Source: Syntrophales bacterium
GTDB taxonomy: Bacteria; Desulfobacterota; Syntrophia; Syntrophales; UBA2210
NCBI GenBank assembly: GCA_963666365.2
Contig: CAXXNF010000002.1
Coordinates: 1,344,001-1,408,000, forward strand
Direction of reading: 5' to 3'
Length of the DNA stretch: 64,000 nucleotides
Shown here: positions 9,577 through 20,732 of the stretch, one piece after another
Numbering within the stretch: position 1 is the stretch's first letter
Layout of the letters: each line of letters begins with the position of its first letter
The notes under the pieces: model-generated
Database searches by the model: none
Told to the model about the DNA's origin: nothing
The model's input: only the letters and a program-made list of their open reading frames with translations
Translations under genes and position numbers: made by a program

Positions 9577-10767
9577 TTATTTGTACGCCTCCGCCAGAAT
9601 TGAAATCGGGTGTTTCACCCTGTGCTCTTTCAGCGGAGCGTTTATAAAAAACCGGCATCCGGGGCACTGGGTTACCACCGTCTTTACGCCGGTTGCTTCG
9701 ACCTCGGCGATTTTATGGGAGCGTATGTCGCCGGCCAGTTCCCTGTTTTCCATAAAGAAGCCCCCGCCGGCGCCACAGCAGAGTTCGGGATTTTCCATCT
9801 CCACCAGCGTGGCGCCGGGAATCTGGGCCAGAAGCGTGCGCGGCGCATCTTTCACGGTCTTTGTCATCCACCGGTGGCAGGGCACATGATAGGTAAATTC
9901 CAGTTCCAGCGGCGACGGTTTTGCCGTCAGACCCATCATGCTCAGGTAATCCGTCACTTCCCAGACCTTTGCCGCCAGGGCTTCAGCCTTCTCCTTCAGC
10001 GGATCTTCCTGAGGAATGAGTTTCGGGCCTTCCACCTTCAGCATCAGGCCGCAGGAGGTGCAGTCCACCACTACCGCATCCACGTCGAGCTTTGACAGGA
10101 TCTCGATGTTTTTCCCCATGAGCTCCCGTACCTTGGCGATATCCCCTTCTCCCAATGCGGGCATGCCGCAGCAGACGAGTTTCTCCGGGATCACCACCTC
10201 GATGCCGTTTTTTCTGAGGGCCATGACCGTGTCCTCACCCGTGTCGATATTAAAGCTGTTGGTGGCACACCCCACATAATAGGCCACCCGCGCCCTCCGT
10301 TCACCTTCCGGCGTGTAGGTCCCCTTATATTTCTTTTCAAAGGCCTTCGGCGCGGGCGTAGGAACTTCGTCCAGGATCCCCAATTTGCCTGCCAGGGCGT
10401 TCAGTTTCCCCATGACCCCGTGGACGCCGCGGTCATCCATCACCTTGTTCAGGATGTAGCGCATGGCGATATTCATCCGCTTTCCATGATACAATTCCTC
10501 GCGCGCGGCCACTATGACTTCGTGGACCGGCACGCCCGCGGGGCAGGTCTGGGTGCAGCTGGTACAGAGAAGACAGCGATCGATAATTTCTTTCAGGCGA
10601 TCGCTGACAGGCATCGACTCCTCGATCAGGGCCTTGCGCACAAGCTCCATCCGTGCCCGCGGTTCATGAGTCTCAAGGAGATCCTCAAGGAACACGGGGC
10701 AGGTGGCCTGGCAGAAGTTACAGTGGGAACACTTGGCGATCACCTCCGAGTAAGATTTCAGGCTCAT
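9577..10767 (-). CDS. GlcF-like Fe-S oxidoreductase (2x4Fe-4S plus two CCG domains)
   Basis: CxxCxxCxxxCP twice, GC...CCG...C.SC and HVPCH...CCG...CPGC. Confidence 0.88.
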   Translation of the reverse strand: MSLKSYSEVIAKCSHCNFCQATCPVFLEDLLETHEPRARMELVRKALIEESMPVSDRLKEIIDRCLLCTSCTQTCPAGVPVHEVIVAAREELYHGKRMNIAMRYILNKVMDDRGVHGVMGKLNALAGKLGILDEVPTPAPKAFEKKYKGTYTPEGERRARVAYYVGCATNSFNIDTGEDTVMALRKNGIEVVIPEKLVCCGMPALGEGDIAKVRELMGKNIEILSKLDVDAVVVDCTSCGLMLKVEGPKLIPQEDPLKEKAEALAAKVWEVTDYLSMMGLTAKPSPLELEFTYHVPCHRWMTKTVKDAPRTLLAQIPGATLVEMENPELCCGAGGGFFMENRELAGDIRSHKIAEVEATGVKTVVTQCPGCRFFINAPLKEHRVKHPISILAEAYK

Positions 10768-12176
10768 GCGACACCTCCACTCAACCAGATCTTTCCGGGG
10801 TTCATAATATTTTTGGGATCGATGGCGTGCTTTATGCGTTTCATGACATCAATCTGCATGCTTCCCAATTCAAGGTGCAGAAACTCCGCCTTGTGAATGC
10901 CGATGCCGTGCTCGCCGGAGATGGTGCCTCCCATGGCAAGCCCTGTTTTGACAATCTCCTCGATGGCTGCCTTGGCTTTCTCCTCTCTTTCCTCGTTCGC
11001 TTCCTGGAGAAAAAAGATCGTGGGGTGCATGTTGCCGTCACCGGCATGCCCTCCAAGCCCTACCATCATGCCCGTGGAGGGATCCATTTTTAACCGCACC
11101 CCTATCTCCTGTACGGCCCTTACGAAATCGGGAATCCGGTCCCGGGGCACCGTGATGTCTTCAACGATTCCTTTCTTTGCCATCATCAGGATCATGCCGA
11201 AAAGTTTCTCCCTCGCTTCCCAGTAGGCCCGTGCCGCCTTGGGATCTTCTATGATGCGAATGTTCAATGCCCCCAGTCCGGTGCACAGATCCTTCATCTT
11301 CACGGTGAGCGCCTCGATTTCCGTGGCAGTGCCGTCCATTTCTATAAGCAAGTGCGACTCTCCCGCCGGATAGGGCTCGGGCAGCATGCCGGCCATGGCC
11401 GCCGCCGCCCCACCGCTGATGAGCTCGATCATGGCGGGAACGAGACCGCTGCCTATGACGGCGGAAACGATATCACCCGACTGTTGGACGCTCTCACAGG
11501 TCACGAGCACCGTTCTTCGCGCCGGAGGAAGCGGTACCAGCCGGAGGATCGCCTTGGTGATCACCCCCAGGGTACCCTCAGCGCCTGTGTACAGATGGGT
11601 AAGATCGTATCCCACGGACGACTTGGAGCACTTGCTGCCCGTGCGTATCACCTCGCCGTCGGGAAGCACCACCTCAAGACCGAGCACATAGTTTCCGGTG
11701 GTTCCGTATTTCACTGCCCGGGGACCGCCGGCTCGAGTGGATATATTGCCGCCGATGGTGGAGACTTTCATGCTCTGAGGGTCGGGGGGATAGAAGAGAC
11801 GTTCTTTTTCCACCATATGCTGAAAGGCGGCCGTCACGATCCCGCTCTCCACTTCGGCGGTCAGGTTCCCCTTGTTCAGTTCGATCAGCTTCCGCATCCG
11901 CTTGAGATCGAGCACTATCCCTCCCGCTGTGGGCGTACAGCCGCCCGAGAGCCCCGTTCCCCCACCCCGGGGGACCAGGGGAATTCCCTTTTCACCGGCA
12001 TAGCGCACCACCTGGGACACCTGTTCGGTTGTATCCGGGATTACCACCGCATCGGGATGTCCCAGCGGGCAGACATGATAGGTGGCGTCGTTCCCGTAGG
12101 TAATGAGATCTTCGGGATCGGTATGCACCCGCTCTTTCGGCAACAATCGTTCGAGATCCTTTGCGAGACCCTTCAT
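10764..12176 (-). CDS. GlcD-like FAD-linked oxidase (glycolate/D-lactate dehydrogenase family)
   Basis: RGGGTGLSGG, YPPDP, GAEGTLGVIT, GHAGDGNMH, SGEHGIG. Confidence 0.9.
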   Translation of the reverse strand: MKGLAKDLERLLPKERVHTDPEDLITYGNDATYHVCPLGHPDAVVIPDTTEQVSQVVRYAGEKGIPLVPRGGGTGLSGGCTPTAGGIVLDLKRMRKLIELNKGNLTAEVESGIVTAAFQHMVEKERLFYPPDPQSMKVSTIGGNISTRAGGPRAVKYGTTGNYVLGLEVVLPDGEVIRTGSKCSKSSVGYDLTHLYTGAEGTLGVITKAILRLVPLPPARRTVLVTCESVQQSGDIVSAVIGSGLVPAMIELISGGAAAAMAGMLPEPYPAGESHLLIEMDGTATEIEALTVKMKDLCTGLGALNIRIIEDPKAARAYWEAREKLFGMILMMAKKGIVEDITVPRDRIPDFVRAVQEIGVRLKMDPSTGMMVGLGGHAGDGNMHPTIFFLQEANEEREEKAKAAIEEIVKTGLAMGGTISGEHGIGIHKAEFLHLELGSMQIDVMKRIKHAIDPKNIMNPGKIWLSGGVA

Positions 12177-12197
12177 CGGTTATATCCTCCTCCTCGG

Positions 12198-12254
12198 TAA
12201 TTTTGGGGACAGTATACTTAATTCATGGCTGAATTAAGTATACTGTCCCCAAAA

Positions 12255-12257
<3 letters not shown>
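12198..12257. repeat. Perfect 28-bp inverted repeat, GGGGACAGTATACTTAATT variant of the REP-like family
   Basis: TAATTTTGGGGACAGTATACTTAATTCA-tggc-TGAATTAAGTATACTGTCCCCAAAATTA. Confidence 0.88.
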
Positions 12258-13199
<942 letters not shown>

Positions 13200-13203
13200 T
13201 CAG

Positions 13204-14223
13204 TCATATCCTCGTACCGGGATACCCCGCCTCTACCAGGGTCCGTTCCTTTTTCGCCCGCTCCATGTCGGAGGCAATCATCATGTCGATCAGCTCGGAA
13301 AAACCGGTCTTCGGGGCCCATCCCAGGACGCGCTGCGCCTTCGACGAATCGCCCAGAAGGACGTCCACTTCGGTGGGCCTGAAATAGCGGGGATCAATCT
13401 TTACGTGTGTGTCAAAATCAAGATCGAGCCTGCTGAACACTTCCTGCACAAACTCTTTCACCGAGTGGGTCTCGCCGGTGGCAATCACGAAATCGTCGGG
13501 GGACTCCTGCTGGAGCATCAGCCACATGGCCTCCACATAATCGCCGGCATATCCCCAGTCACGCTTCGCATCGAGATTTCCCAGATAGAGCGCATCCTGC
13601 AGCCCCATCTTGATGCGCGTGGCGGCGCGGGTGACTTTTCTGGTCAGAAAGGTCTCGCCCCGTCGCGGTGATTCGTGGTTGAAAAGGATGCCGTTAACGG
13701 CAAATATCTTGTAGGCGTCACGGTAGTTTCTTGCCACATAGTAGGCGTATACCTTGGCCGCCGCATAGGGACTCTGGGGGCTGAAGGGCGTTGCCTCGCT
13801 CTGCGGGGGCGGCGCCGCACCGAACATCTCACTGGACGAGGCCTGATAGAACCGCGCCTTCACGCCGGATTTGCGAATCGCCTCCAGAATTCTTATGGCG
13901 CCGATGCCCGTCACATCACCGGTGTACTCGGGAAGATCGAAACTTACCCGCACATGACTCTGAGCCCCCAGATGGTACACTTCATCGGGGTTTACCTCAT
14001 AGAGCAGGCTGACCAGATGGGCTGACACCGAAAGATCGCCGTAATGGAGATACATGCGGGCCTGGGGATCATGAAAATCGGTATAAAGGTGATCGATTCG
14101 CTCCGTATTGAAGGTGCTGGACCGGCGGATCATGCCGTGCACCTCATAGCCCTTGGAGAGCAGCAATTCGGCAAGATATGATCCATCCTGCCCCGTAATA
14201 CCCGTGATCAAGGCACGCTTCAT
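13204..14223 (-). CDS. gmd: GDP-mannose 4,6-dehydratase
   Basis: [38 protein letters not shown]. Confidence 0.97.
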   Translation of the reverse strand: MKRALITGITGQDGSYLAELLLSKGYEVHGMIRRSSTFNTERIDHLYTDFHDPQARMYLHYGDLSVSAHLVSLLYEVNPDEVYHLGAQSHVRVSFDLPEYTGDVTGIGAIRILEAIRKSGVKARFYQASSSEMFGAAPPPQSEATPFSPQSPYAAAKVYAYYVARNYRDAYKIFAVNGILFNHESPRRGETFLTRKVTRAATRIKMGLQDALYLGNLDAKRDWGYAGDYVEAMWLMLQQESPDDFVIATGETHSVKEFVQEVFSRLDLDFDTHVKIDPRYFRPTEVDVLLGDSSKAQRVLGWAPKTGFSELIDMMIASDMERAKKERTLVEAGYPGTRI

Positions 14224-15791
14224 TGAATAACCCCGCTTTTTACGTTCTTTCTATGTTTCATGCTCCATCCGCAGGCGGGACATTTCATTTCGCTGTCCAG
14301 ACGTCCGCCGCACCGGCAGACCCACCCTACCCGGCGGGCAGGATTTCCCACCAGCAGTGCGTGATCGGGCACATCCCTGATCACCACGGCGCCGGCCCCG
14401 ATAAAGGCATATTCTCCGATGGTGACACCGCAGACAATCGTGGCGTTGGCGCCGATGGTGGCGCCCCGTTTCACCAGTGTGGGCCGGACTTCGTCCATTT
14501 TACGGATCTCGGCGCGGGGATTGTACACATTGGTAAACACCATCGATGGTCCGCAGAACACCCCCTCTTCGAGCGTCACGCCCTTGTACAGGCTCACGTT
14601 ATTCTGGATCTTGCAGTTTCTCCCTATTGTCACATCGGGACCGACAACCACATTCTGTCCTATGGTGCATGCCTCTCCTATGGAAGAGCCTGAGAGGACA
14701 TGGGTAAAATGCCAGATCTTTGTCCCTTTCCCTATGGCCGCATCCCTGTCTATGACGGCGCTATCATGGACGAAGCAGTCTTCCCGAACTTCCGCCGCTG
14801 CCCTGTGGCTCTCCTTCGGCGCCGTCGTTCCCCCCGCAAGCAGACTTGCCGATGCCCGCTCCAATATCTCGAGCACCTCAATGCCGTTTTGCGCATCGGC
14901 CCGCTTGAGGGGACGCCCATCCAGATGCTCGGCAAAGTAGCGAAGCTCTTCCGTCAGCGGCATGGTGTTCTCGTAGGGAATCACTTCCGTGGCCCCGTCA
15001 TGGGTCACCGGCTCTCCCTGAATCCAATCGATGCCCTTTTCATAAAACAGTATATTCTTTGACTCCGATGAGTCCTCGTAGGAAAACATCCCCTTGGACC
15101 CGATGATCACGATCCGGTGTTCCTTGAATGGATGGAGCCAGCTTACGAAGATATGCCCCACACGGTTTCGGGGATAGGTCAAAATCGTCATGGACGAGTC
15201 ATGCATCCGGGGTTGCAGAAAAATCCCCCCCCGGGAAATGATCTCTTCAGGAGTATCTTCCATGAAATACTGGAAAATGGAAATATCGTGAGGGGCGAAA
15301 CTCCAGAGGATATTCTCCTCCGTCCTGACCGTTCCCAGGTTCAGACGATTACTGTATATATATTGAAGTTTCCCGATCTTCCCCTGGTCGACCAGATCTT
15401 TCATTGTGCGAATGGCCGGATGAAAGAGCAACAGGTGTCCCACCATCAGATTGACACCCTTTTCTTCCGCAAGCTGTTTCAATTCCCGCGCCTCGCCAGC
15501 GCGCAATGTCAGCGGTTTTTCCACGAGCACATGTTTCTTCTGTCCGATCAGGTAGGAAGCAATGGCGAAGTGTGTCTCCGCCGGAGTCGCGATCGTGAAG
15601 CCGTCAAAATCCTCTTCCACCGCATCTTTCGTATTTGCAAACAGCCGCACATCAGGGCAGGACGCTTCGAGTCGCGCCCGCATGAATCCGTCCGACTCGA
15701 CAACCCCCCCCAGCATCCCGAGACCCTGCAGTGTCCTGATATGATTCATCCCCCATCGCCCGGCGCCGACTACGCAAATACGCATACACAC
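14220..15791 (-). CDS. Fused Gfo/Idh/MocA dehydrogenase (WbpB-like) and hexapeptide N-acetyltransferase (WbpD-like)
   Basis: N-part GAGRWG, VLVEKP, APHD; C-part [34 protein letters not shown]-terminal Cys knuckle. Confidence 0.88.
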   Translation of the reverse strand: MCMRICVVGAGRWGMNHIRTLQGLGMLGGVVESDGFMRARLEASCPDVRLFANTKDAVEEDFDGFTIATPAETHFAIASYLIGQKKHVLVEKPLTLRAGEARELKQLAEEKGVNLMVGHLLLFHPAIRTMKDLVDQGKIGKLQYIYSNRLNLGTVRTEENILWSFAPHDISIFQYFMEDTPEEIISRGGIFLQPRMHDSSMTILTYPRNRVGHIFVSWLHPFKEHRIVIIGSKGMFSYEDSSESKNILFYEKGIDWIQGEPVTHDGATEVIPYENTMPLTEELRYFAEHLDGRPLKRADAQNGIEVLEILERASASLLAGGTTAPKESHRAAAEVREDCFVHDSAVIDRDAAIGKGTKIWHFTHVLSGSSIGEACTIGQNVVVGPDVTIGRNCKIQNNVSLYKGVTLEEGVFCGPSMVFTNVYNPRAEIRKMDEVRPTLVKRGATIGANATIVCGVTIGEYAFIGAGAVVIRDVPDHALLVGNPARRVGWVCRCGGRLDSEMKCPACGWSMKHRKNVKSGVIQ

Positions 15792-15810
15792 CTCGGTTTT
15801 TAATTTTCCA

Positions 15811-17130
15811 TTATGCCGTGTAAAAATACTTTCCCCTCTTGCCGATCACGTTTCTCGTGTCCACCACCGGCACTTCAAAGGCGGCAAAGTCGACGCGGCG
15901 GTACTCATCATGGGCCGTTGCGATGAGGATGAGATCATAGTCCCCGCTGACCGGGACGGAAGCGCGCCCGGCGAACTTTCCGAACTCTCTTGTCTCTTTT
16001 ATCACCGGCACATAGGGATCATTATAGTACACCTGCCCGCCCAATGCTTCCAATTTATCCATCAAGTGATAGGAAGGGGACTCTCTGTCGTCATCGACAT
16101 TCGCCTTGTAGGCCAGTCCCAGCAAGAGGATGCGCGCACCTTTGATTGCCTTGCCGTATTCGTTCAGCACCTTCATGACCCGGCTTACCACATAATCGGG
16201 CATGGCCGTATTGATTTCCCCGGCCAGTTCGATAAAGCGCGTGGTCATGCCGTACTCCCGAGCCTTCCAGGTGAGATAGAAGGGGTCGATGGGGATACAG
16301 TGCCCTCCCAGGCCCGGTCCGGGATAAAAGGCCTGATAGCCGAAGGGCTTCGTCTTCGCCGCTTCGATTACCTCCCAGACGTCGATTCCCATGCGGTCGC
16401 AGAGAATCTTCATCTCGTTCACCAGGGCGATGTTGACGGACCGGTATATGTTTTCAAGAAGCTTTGCCGCTTCGGCGACTTTAGGCGAAGAGAGGGGAAC
16501 CGTTCGATCCACCACGCACCCGTAAAGCGCCGTGGCCGCGGCAAGACACTCCTCCGTAAGTCCTCCCACCAGTTTCGGCACCGTGCGCAAGGAGAAATCT
16601 TTATTGTTCGGGTCTTCCCTCTCCGGCGAAAAGGCAAGATGAAAATCGATCCCCCCCTTCAATCCGCTCGACTCAAGAATCCCCCGCACATCCTCGTCGG
16701 TGGTCCCCGGATAGGTGGTCGATTCCAGCACCACCAGCTGACCCTTTCGAAGATACCGTGCAATCGATTCGGCCGTGGCAAAGACAAAGCGCATATCGGG
16801 CTCTCGATTTTTATTTAAAGGCGTGGGGACGCAGATCAGAATGCAATCCACCTGCGACAGTCGTGCAAAATCGGTGGTCGCTTCAAACCGCCCTTGCTCG
16901 AGTCCCATCAGCGGTGCGATATCGATATGCCTGATATAACTTTTCCCCTCCTGCAGAGAAGCCACCTTCATCTCATCGACATCAAAACCGGTTACCGAAA
17001 ATCCCTCCTTCACGAAGGCGATCACCAGCGGCAGCCCCACATAGCCAAGGCCTACCACGCCGACCCGCACACGTTTTTCACTGATCCTCTCCACAAGCCC
17101 CTTCATTCGTCTTTTTCCATTCCCCCGCAT
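15811..17130 (-). CDS. Nucleotide-sugar (UDP-GlcNAc) 6-dehydrogenase, WbpA-like
   Basis: [44 protein letters not shown]; true start may be the ATG 8 codons downstream. Confidence 0.92.
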   Translation of the reverse strand: MRGNGKRRMKGLVERISEKRVRVGVVGLGYVGLPLVIAFVKEGFSVTGFDVDEMKVASLQEGKSYIRHIDIAPLMGLEQGRFEATTDFARLSQVDCILICVPTPLNKNREPDMRFVFATAESIARYLRKGQLVVLESTTYPGTTDEDVRGILESSGLKGGIDFHLAFSPEREDPNNKDFSLRTVPKLVGGLTEECLAAATALYGCVVDRTVPLSSPKVAEAAKLLENIYRSVNIALVNEMKILCDRMGIDVWEVIEAAKTKPFGYQAFYPGPGLGGHCIPIDPFYLTWKAREYGMTTRFIELAGEINTAMPDYVVSRVMKVLNEYGKAIKGARILLLGLAYKANVDDDRESPSYHLMDKLEALGGQVYYNDPYVPVIKETREFGKFAGRASVPVSGDYDLILIATAHDEYRRVDFAAFEVPVVDTRNVIGKRGKYFYTA

Positions 17131-17356
17131 TATTAAAATAGCATGTCCGCATCCACCGTCACTGTTGCGCGAGGTCTATATCTATACGCATAGACCGGTT
17201 CTGTCAAGCCTCGAAAGGGCGGCGCACTGCGCATGTTTCTTCGCAGGCGCAGCGCGCGTCAAAATGAAGTGCGGCAACCTCCCTTTCACTCCTCGCTTGA
17301 CAAGAGCGCACGGAGCAGGTATTCCCAGACACATATACTGCCTGAAGGATCATCGC

Positions 17357-18502
17357 ATGGTTACCAAACGCGCATCGGAAATTCCCCCGTTCATCGTGAT
17401 GGATGTGCTGGAAAAAGCACAGGAGATGGAACGGGCAGGGGAACATGTCATTCATCTCGAGGTTGGCGAACCCGATTTCGACACGCCCGAATGCATCAAC
17501 GAGGCCTGCCGGAAAGCGATCAGGGACGGTAAAACCCACTATACCCACTCTTTGGGATTGCCTGAACTGCGCGAGGCCATATGCGAGCACTATTACAGCC
17601 GTTACGGGGTACAGATCACACCGAACCGCGTCATCGTCACATCGGGAACTTCGCCGGCCATGCTGCTTATGTTCGCGGCCCTGATGGAACGGGGTGACGA
17701 GGTAATCATATCGGATCCCCACTATGCCTGTTACCCCAATTTTATCAATTTCCTTGAAGGGACGCCCGTCTCCGTCAATGTCTACGAAGAGGACGGTTTT
17801 CAGTACCGGCCTGAAGCAATCCGGGAAAAACTCTCATCACGGACAAAGGGCATCATGATAAACTCGCCCTCAAATCCGACGGGAAATCTCCTCAGTCCCG
17901 ACCGCATGGCGGAGATCGCCTCCCTGGGCGTTCCTGTAATCTCCGACGAGATCTATCACGGCCTTGTCTATGAGGATGAAGAACACTCCATTCTGGAATA
18001 TACCGACAACGCCTTCGTTCTGAACGGCTTTTCCAAGGCCTACGCCATGACCGGCTGGCGGCTCGGGTATCTTATCGCCCCTCAGGAATACATCAGGCCG
18101 ATGCAGAAGATTCAGCAAAACCTTTTCATCTGCGCCAATTCCTTTGTCCAGTGGGGAGGTGTGGCGGCACTGCGCGAAGCCGGCGACGATGTGGCCCGTA
18201 TGAAAGCCATCTTTGATGAACGGAGAAAGTTTATCGTCAACAGGCTTCACGAGATGGGACTGGGCATACAGGTGGCACCCACGGGCGCCTTCTATGTGCT
18301 GGGAAACATCAAGTCCTTTTCCCATGATTCCTACAAAACCGCCTTCGACATCCTGGAACAGGCAAAAGTGGGAGTGACGCCGGGCATTGACTTCGGGGCC
18401 AACTGCGAGGGGTACATCCGTTTTTCCTACGCCAATTCACTTGAAAACATTGCCGAAGGGCTCAACAGGCTGGAGAGGTATATCGAAAGTAGGGAAAGTT
18501 AA
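17357..18502 (+). CDS. Class I PLP-dependent aminotransferase (aspartate aminotransferase-like)
   Basis: GEPDF, NSPSNPTG, SDEIY, NGFSKAYAMTGWRLG; start moved to ATG 17357. Confidence 0.92.
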   Translation: MVTKRASEIPPFIVMDVLEKAQEMERAGEHVIHLEVGEPDFDTPECINEACRKAIRDGKTHYTHSLGLPELREAICEHYYSRYGVQITPNRVIVTSGTSPAMLLMFAALMERGDEVIISDPHYACYPNFINFLEGTPVSVNVYEEDGFQYRPEAIREKLSSRTKGIMINSPSNPTGNLLSPDRMAEIASLGVPVISDEIYHGLVYEDEEHSILEYTDNAFVLNGFSKAYAMTGWRLGYLIAPQEYIRPMQKIQQNLFICANSFVQWGGVAALREAGDDVARMKAIFDERRKFIVNRLHEMGLGIQVAPTGAFYVLGNIKSFSHDSYKTAFDILEQAKVGVTPGIDFGANCEGYIRFSYANSLENIAEGLNRLERYIESRES

Positions 18503-18564
18503 AAAGTAGGAAAAGTAAGAAGAGTAAGAAGAGTAGGAAGAGTAGGAAAAGTGAGAAGAGTGGG
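18485..18564. repeat. Purine-rich 9-mer tandem repeat (AARAGTRRG) ~x9
   Basis: aaaagtagg aaaagtaag aagagtaag aagagtagg aagagtagg aaaagtgag aagagtggg. Confidence 0.85.
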
Positions 18565-18584
18565 AGAGGGAGGAACGGCTGCCG

Positions 18585-19268
18585 ATGATCTGCTTTACAG
18601 GGGATAGAGGTAAAGATGCCCGTTACTGTTCAGCGATTCTCTTTGATTTTGACGGGACTCTGGCGACGCTGAATGTGGATTTCGGCAGTATGCGCGCCGG
18701 GCTTCTCTCGCGTATTCAGTCCTATGGTCTGGATGTCGATCGATTCAAGGATCTCTATGCCCTCGAGATGATCGACAGGGCAACGGAGGAGCTTGAACCG
18801 GTGCGTCCCGATGCCGTGCCGGTTCTGAAGGAAGAATGTCTCTCCCTCATACGGGACGTCGAAATGGAAGGGGCAAGGCGAGGAATGCTTTTTGACGGCA
18901 TCAGGGATATGTTCCGGATTCTCAGGCAAAAAAACATAAAAACCGCCGTGGTCACCCGCAACTGTTTTGATGCGGTTTCCTGCATCTATCAGGGAATCGA
19001 GGTCGAATGCGACGCCGTTGTTTCCCGGGAGTTCACTCAACGGGTCAAGCCTCATCCTCAGCACCTCATCACCGCCCTGGCACTGCTTGGCGTCGAGGCC
19101 TCTCAGGCCGTTATGGCAGGAGACCACCCCATGGACATCAGCGCAGGGAAAGCGGTGGGCGCCTACACCATCGGGGTTTTGTCGGGATACTCGGGCACCG
19201 AGCCCCTGAGAGAGGCTCAAGCCGACCTTATCCTGGATCACATCACCGATCTGCTGACCGCACTTTGA
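18585..19268 (+). CDS. HAD family hydrolase (phosphoglycolate phosphatase-like)
   Basis: FDFDGTL, VVTRN, KPHP, GDHPMD. Confidence 0.88.
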   Translation: MICFTGDRGKDARYCSAILFDFDGTLATLNVDFGSMRAGLLSRIQSYGLDVDRFKDLYALEMIDRATEELEPVRPDAVPVLKEECLSLIRDVEMEGARRGMLFDGIRDMFRILRQKNIKTAVVTRNCFDAVSCIYQGIEVECDAVVSREFTQRVKPHPQHLITALALLGVEASQAVMAGDHPMDISAGKAVGAYTIGVLSGYSGTEPLREAQADLILDHITDLLTAL

Positions 19269-19316
19269 TGTTGACAGGAACTCACCGTTGAGGCAGAAGA
19301 TGGATCAGCGAAGCGC

Positions 19317-19365
19317 ATTGAGCATAGAACCTACCACGTTGAACATAGAACGTAGAACATAGAAC
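19317..19365. repeat. Degenerate heptamer array (RTAGAAC), reverse complement of the 1183-1231 unit
   Basis: attgagc atagaac ctaccac gttgaac atagaac gtagaac atagaac in 7-nt register. Confidence 0.75.
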
Positions 19366-19370
19366 GTATC

Positions 19371-19748
19371 ATGTATGAAGTAACGATAAAAAAAACCTTT
19401 TCGGCGGCCCACACGCTGGTGATCGGCGGCGTGCGCGAGGATCTTCACGGACACAATTTCACCGTGGAAATCACTGTGTCCTCTCACGAGCTTGATGAGG
19501 AAGGCGTGGTTATGGATTTCAGTATTCTCAGGGAAAAGACCGATGCGATTCTTGCCGATATGGATCACACCCATCTGAACAACCTTGTGTACTTCAAGGC
19601 CATTCCTCCCACGGCGGAACAGATAGCCCGCTACATATTCGAGCGCATCGCCGGGGGGCTTTCCGCAGCATCCATCACCGTCTCGCAGGTCACCGTGTGG
19701 GAATCGGACAATGCGCGGGCCACCTACAGGAGGCACGCACGTGCTTGA
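19371..19748 (+). CDS. 6-pyruvoyl-tetrahydropterin synthase family protein (COG0720); PTPS-III-type ExxHGH motif
   Basis: FSAAH, REDLHGHN, MDF, DHTHLN, PTAE, VWES; no cysteine in the protein. Confidence 0.88.
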   Translation: MYEVTIKKTFSAAHTLVIGGVREDLHGHNFTVEITVSSHELDEEGVVMDFSILREKTDAILADMDHTHLNNLVYFKAIPPTAEQIARYIFERIAGGLSAASITVSQVTVWESDNARATYRRHARA

Positions 19749-20505
19749 CGTACAAAACCAGCAGGACAACCGGCATATCGATATCCAGAAGGTGGGAGTC
19801 AAGGGGGTCAAGTACCCCATCATCGTGCTGGACAAAAAGCACGGCGCGCAGCATGTAAACGCCGCCGTCAACATGTACGTGAACCTTCCCCACCGCTTCA
19901 AGGGCACGCATATGAGCCGTTTCGTGGAGATCCTGAACAAATACCGCGGAGAGGTGAATATCAGAACTTTTCGAAGCATTCTCTCGACAATTCGTGAAAA
20001 GTTGAACGCCGAATCGGCTCACATGGAGATCGAATTCCCCTACTTCATCGAAAAACGGGCGCCTGTATCGCGGTCCAAAAGCCTTATGGAGTACTGGTGC
20101 AGCTTTATTGGCGAACACACGAAGGATGCCACAGATTTTCTTGTGGGCGTCACCGTTCCCGTCACCACCGTCTGTCCCTGTTCCAAGGAGATCAGCGCGC
20201 TGGGCGCCCACAATCAGCGCAGTATTGTAAAGGTCAGGGTCAGGTTCAGAAAATTTTTCTGGATTGAAGATCTGATCCGCCTCATCGAGGATTCCGCGAG
20301 CAGTGAAGTGTTTTCCCTTCTGAAGCGTTCCGATGAAAAATATGTCACCGAGCGGGCCTTTGAAAACCCCATGTTTGTGGAGGATGTGGTGCGAAGCGTG
20401 GCCGAAAAATTAAACGGCGACGAAAACTTCACCTGGTACAGCGTGGAGGCGGAAAACCTGGAAAGCATCCACAACCACAACGCCTACGCCTATGTCGAAA
20501 AATAG
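19741..20505 (+). CDS. folE2: GTP cyclohydrolase IB
   Basis: IQKVGV, KGTHMSRF, TTVCPCSK, GAHNQR, NPMFVED, ESIHNHNA; GTG start after AGGAGG. Confidence 0.95.
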   Translation: MLDVQNQQDNRHIDIQKVGVKGVKYPIIVLDKKHGAQHVNAAVNMYVNLPHRFKGTHMSRFVEILNKYRGEVNIRTFRSILSTIREKLNAESAHMEIEFPYFIEKRAPVSRSKSLMEYWCSFIGEHTKDATDFLVGVTVPVTTVCPCSKEISALGAHNQRSIVKVRVRFRKFFWIEDLIRLIEDSASSEVFSLLKRSDEKYVTERAFENPMFVEDVVRSVAEKLNGDENFTWYSVEAENLESIHNHNAYAYVEK

Positions 20506-20556
20506 GGACACTTCCCTATTTAATTCTAATTAAATAGGGAAGTGTCCCTATTTTTC
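20497..20556. repeat. REP/REPIN-like palindromic element, copy 2 (perfect 29-bp arms)
   Basis: GAAAAATAGGGACACTTCCCTATTTAATT-ct-AATTAAATAGGGAAGTGTCCCTATTTTTC; includes the folE2 stop. Confidence 0.9.
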
Positions 20557-20608
20557 TGTGAAACTGGTCACAATCACGGTTGAAATGCCTCTTTTTTTCT
20601 GCTAACCT
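20557..20608 (+). promoter_or_regulatory. CRP/HcpR/Rex-like box plus sigma70 promoter of the giant surface-protein gene
   Basis: TGTGA-aactgg-TCACA (20557-20572); TTGAAA (20580) -17 bp- TAACCT with extended TG. Confidence 0.55.
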
Positions 20609-20698
20609 TTTTTCCAAACACGAAACACGAAACAACCTGTAGGGGATCTCTGAGCTTACAAACAGCTCATCACTCATGCAGAGGCTTTATTTGCTGCC

Positions 20699-20732
20699 GA
20701 CGTGATGTTCATAGAAAAATGAACATCACGTC
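20699..20732 (+). other. Perfect 14-bp hairpin in long leader
   Basis: GACGTGATGTTCAT-agaaaa-ATGAACATCACGTC; no good U-tract. Confidence 0.7.

Noticed and set aside
17165..17356. Long N-terminal extensions in the ORF track (also glyS, alaS, enoyl-CoA hydratase, cupin, speD fusion)
   Set aside because: Family homology and RBS positions support downstream starts.
19269..19370. PreQ1 riboswitch upstream of the queD-like gene
   Set aside because: No recognisable preQ1 stem-loop or A-rich tail; the region is heptamer repeats.
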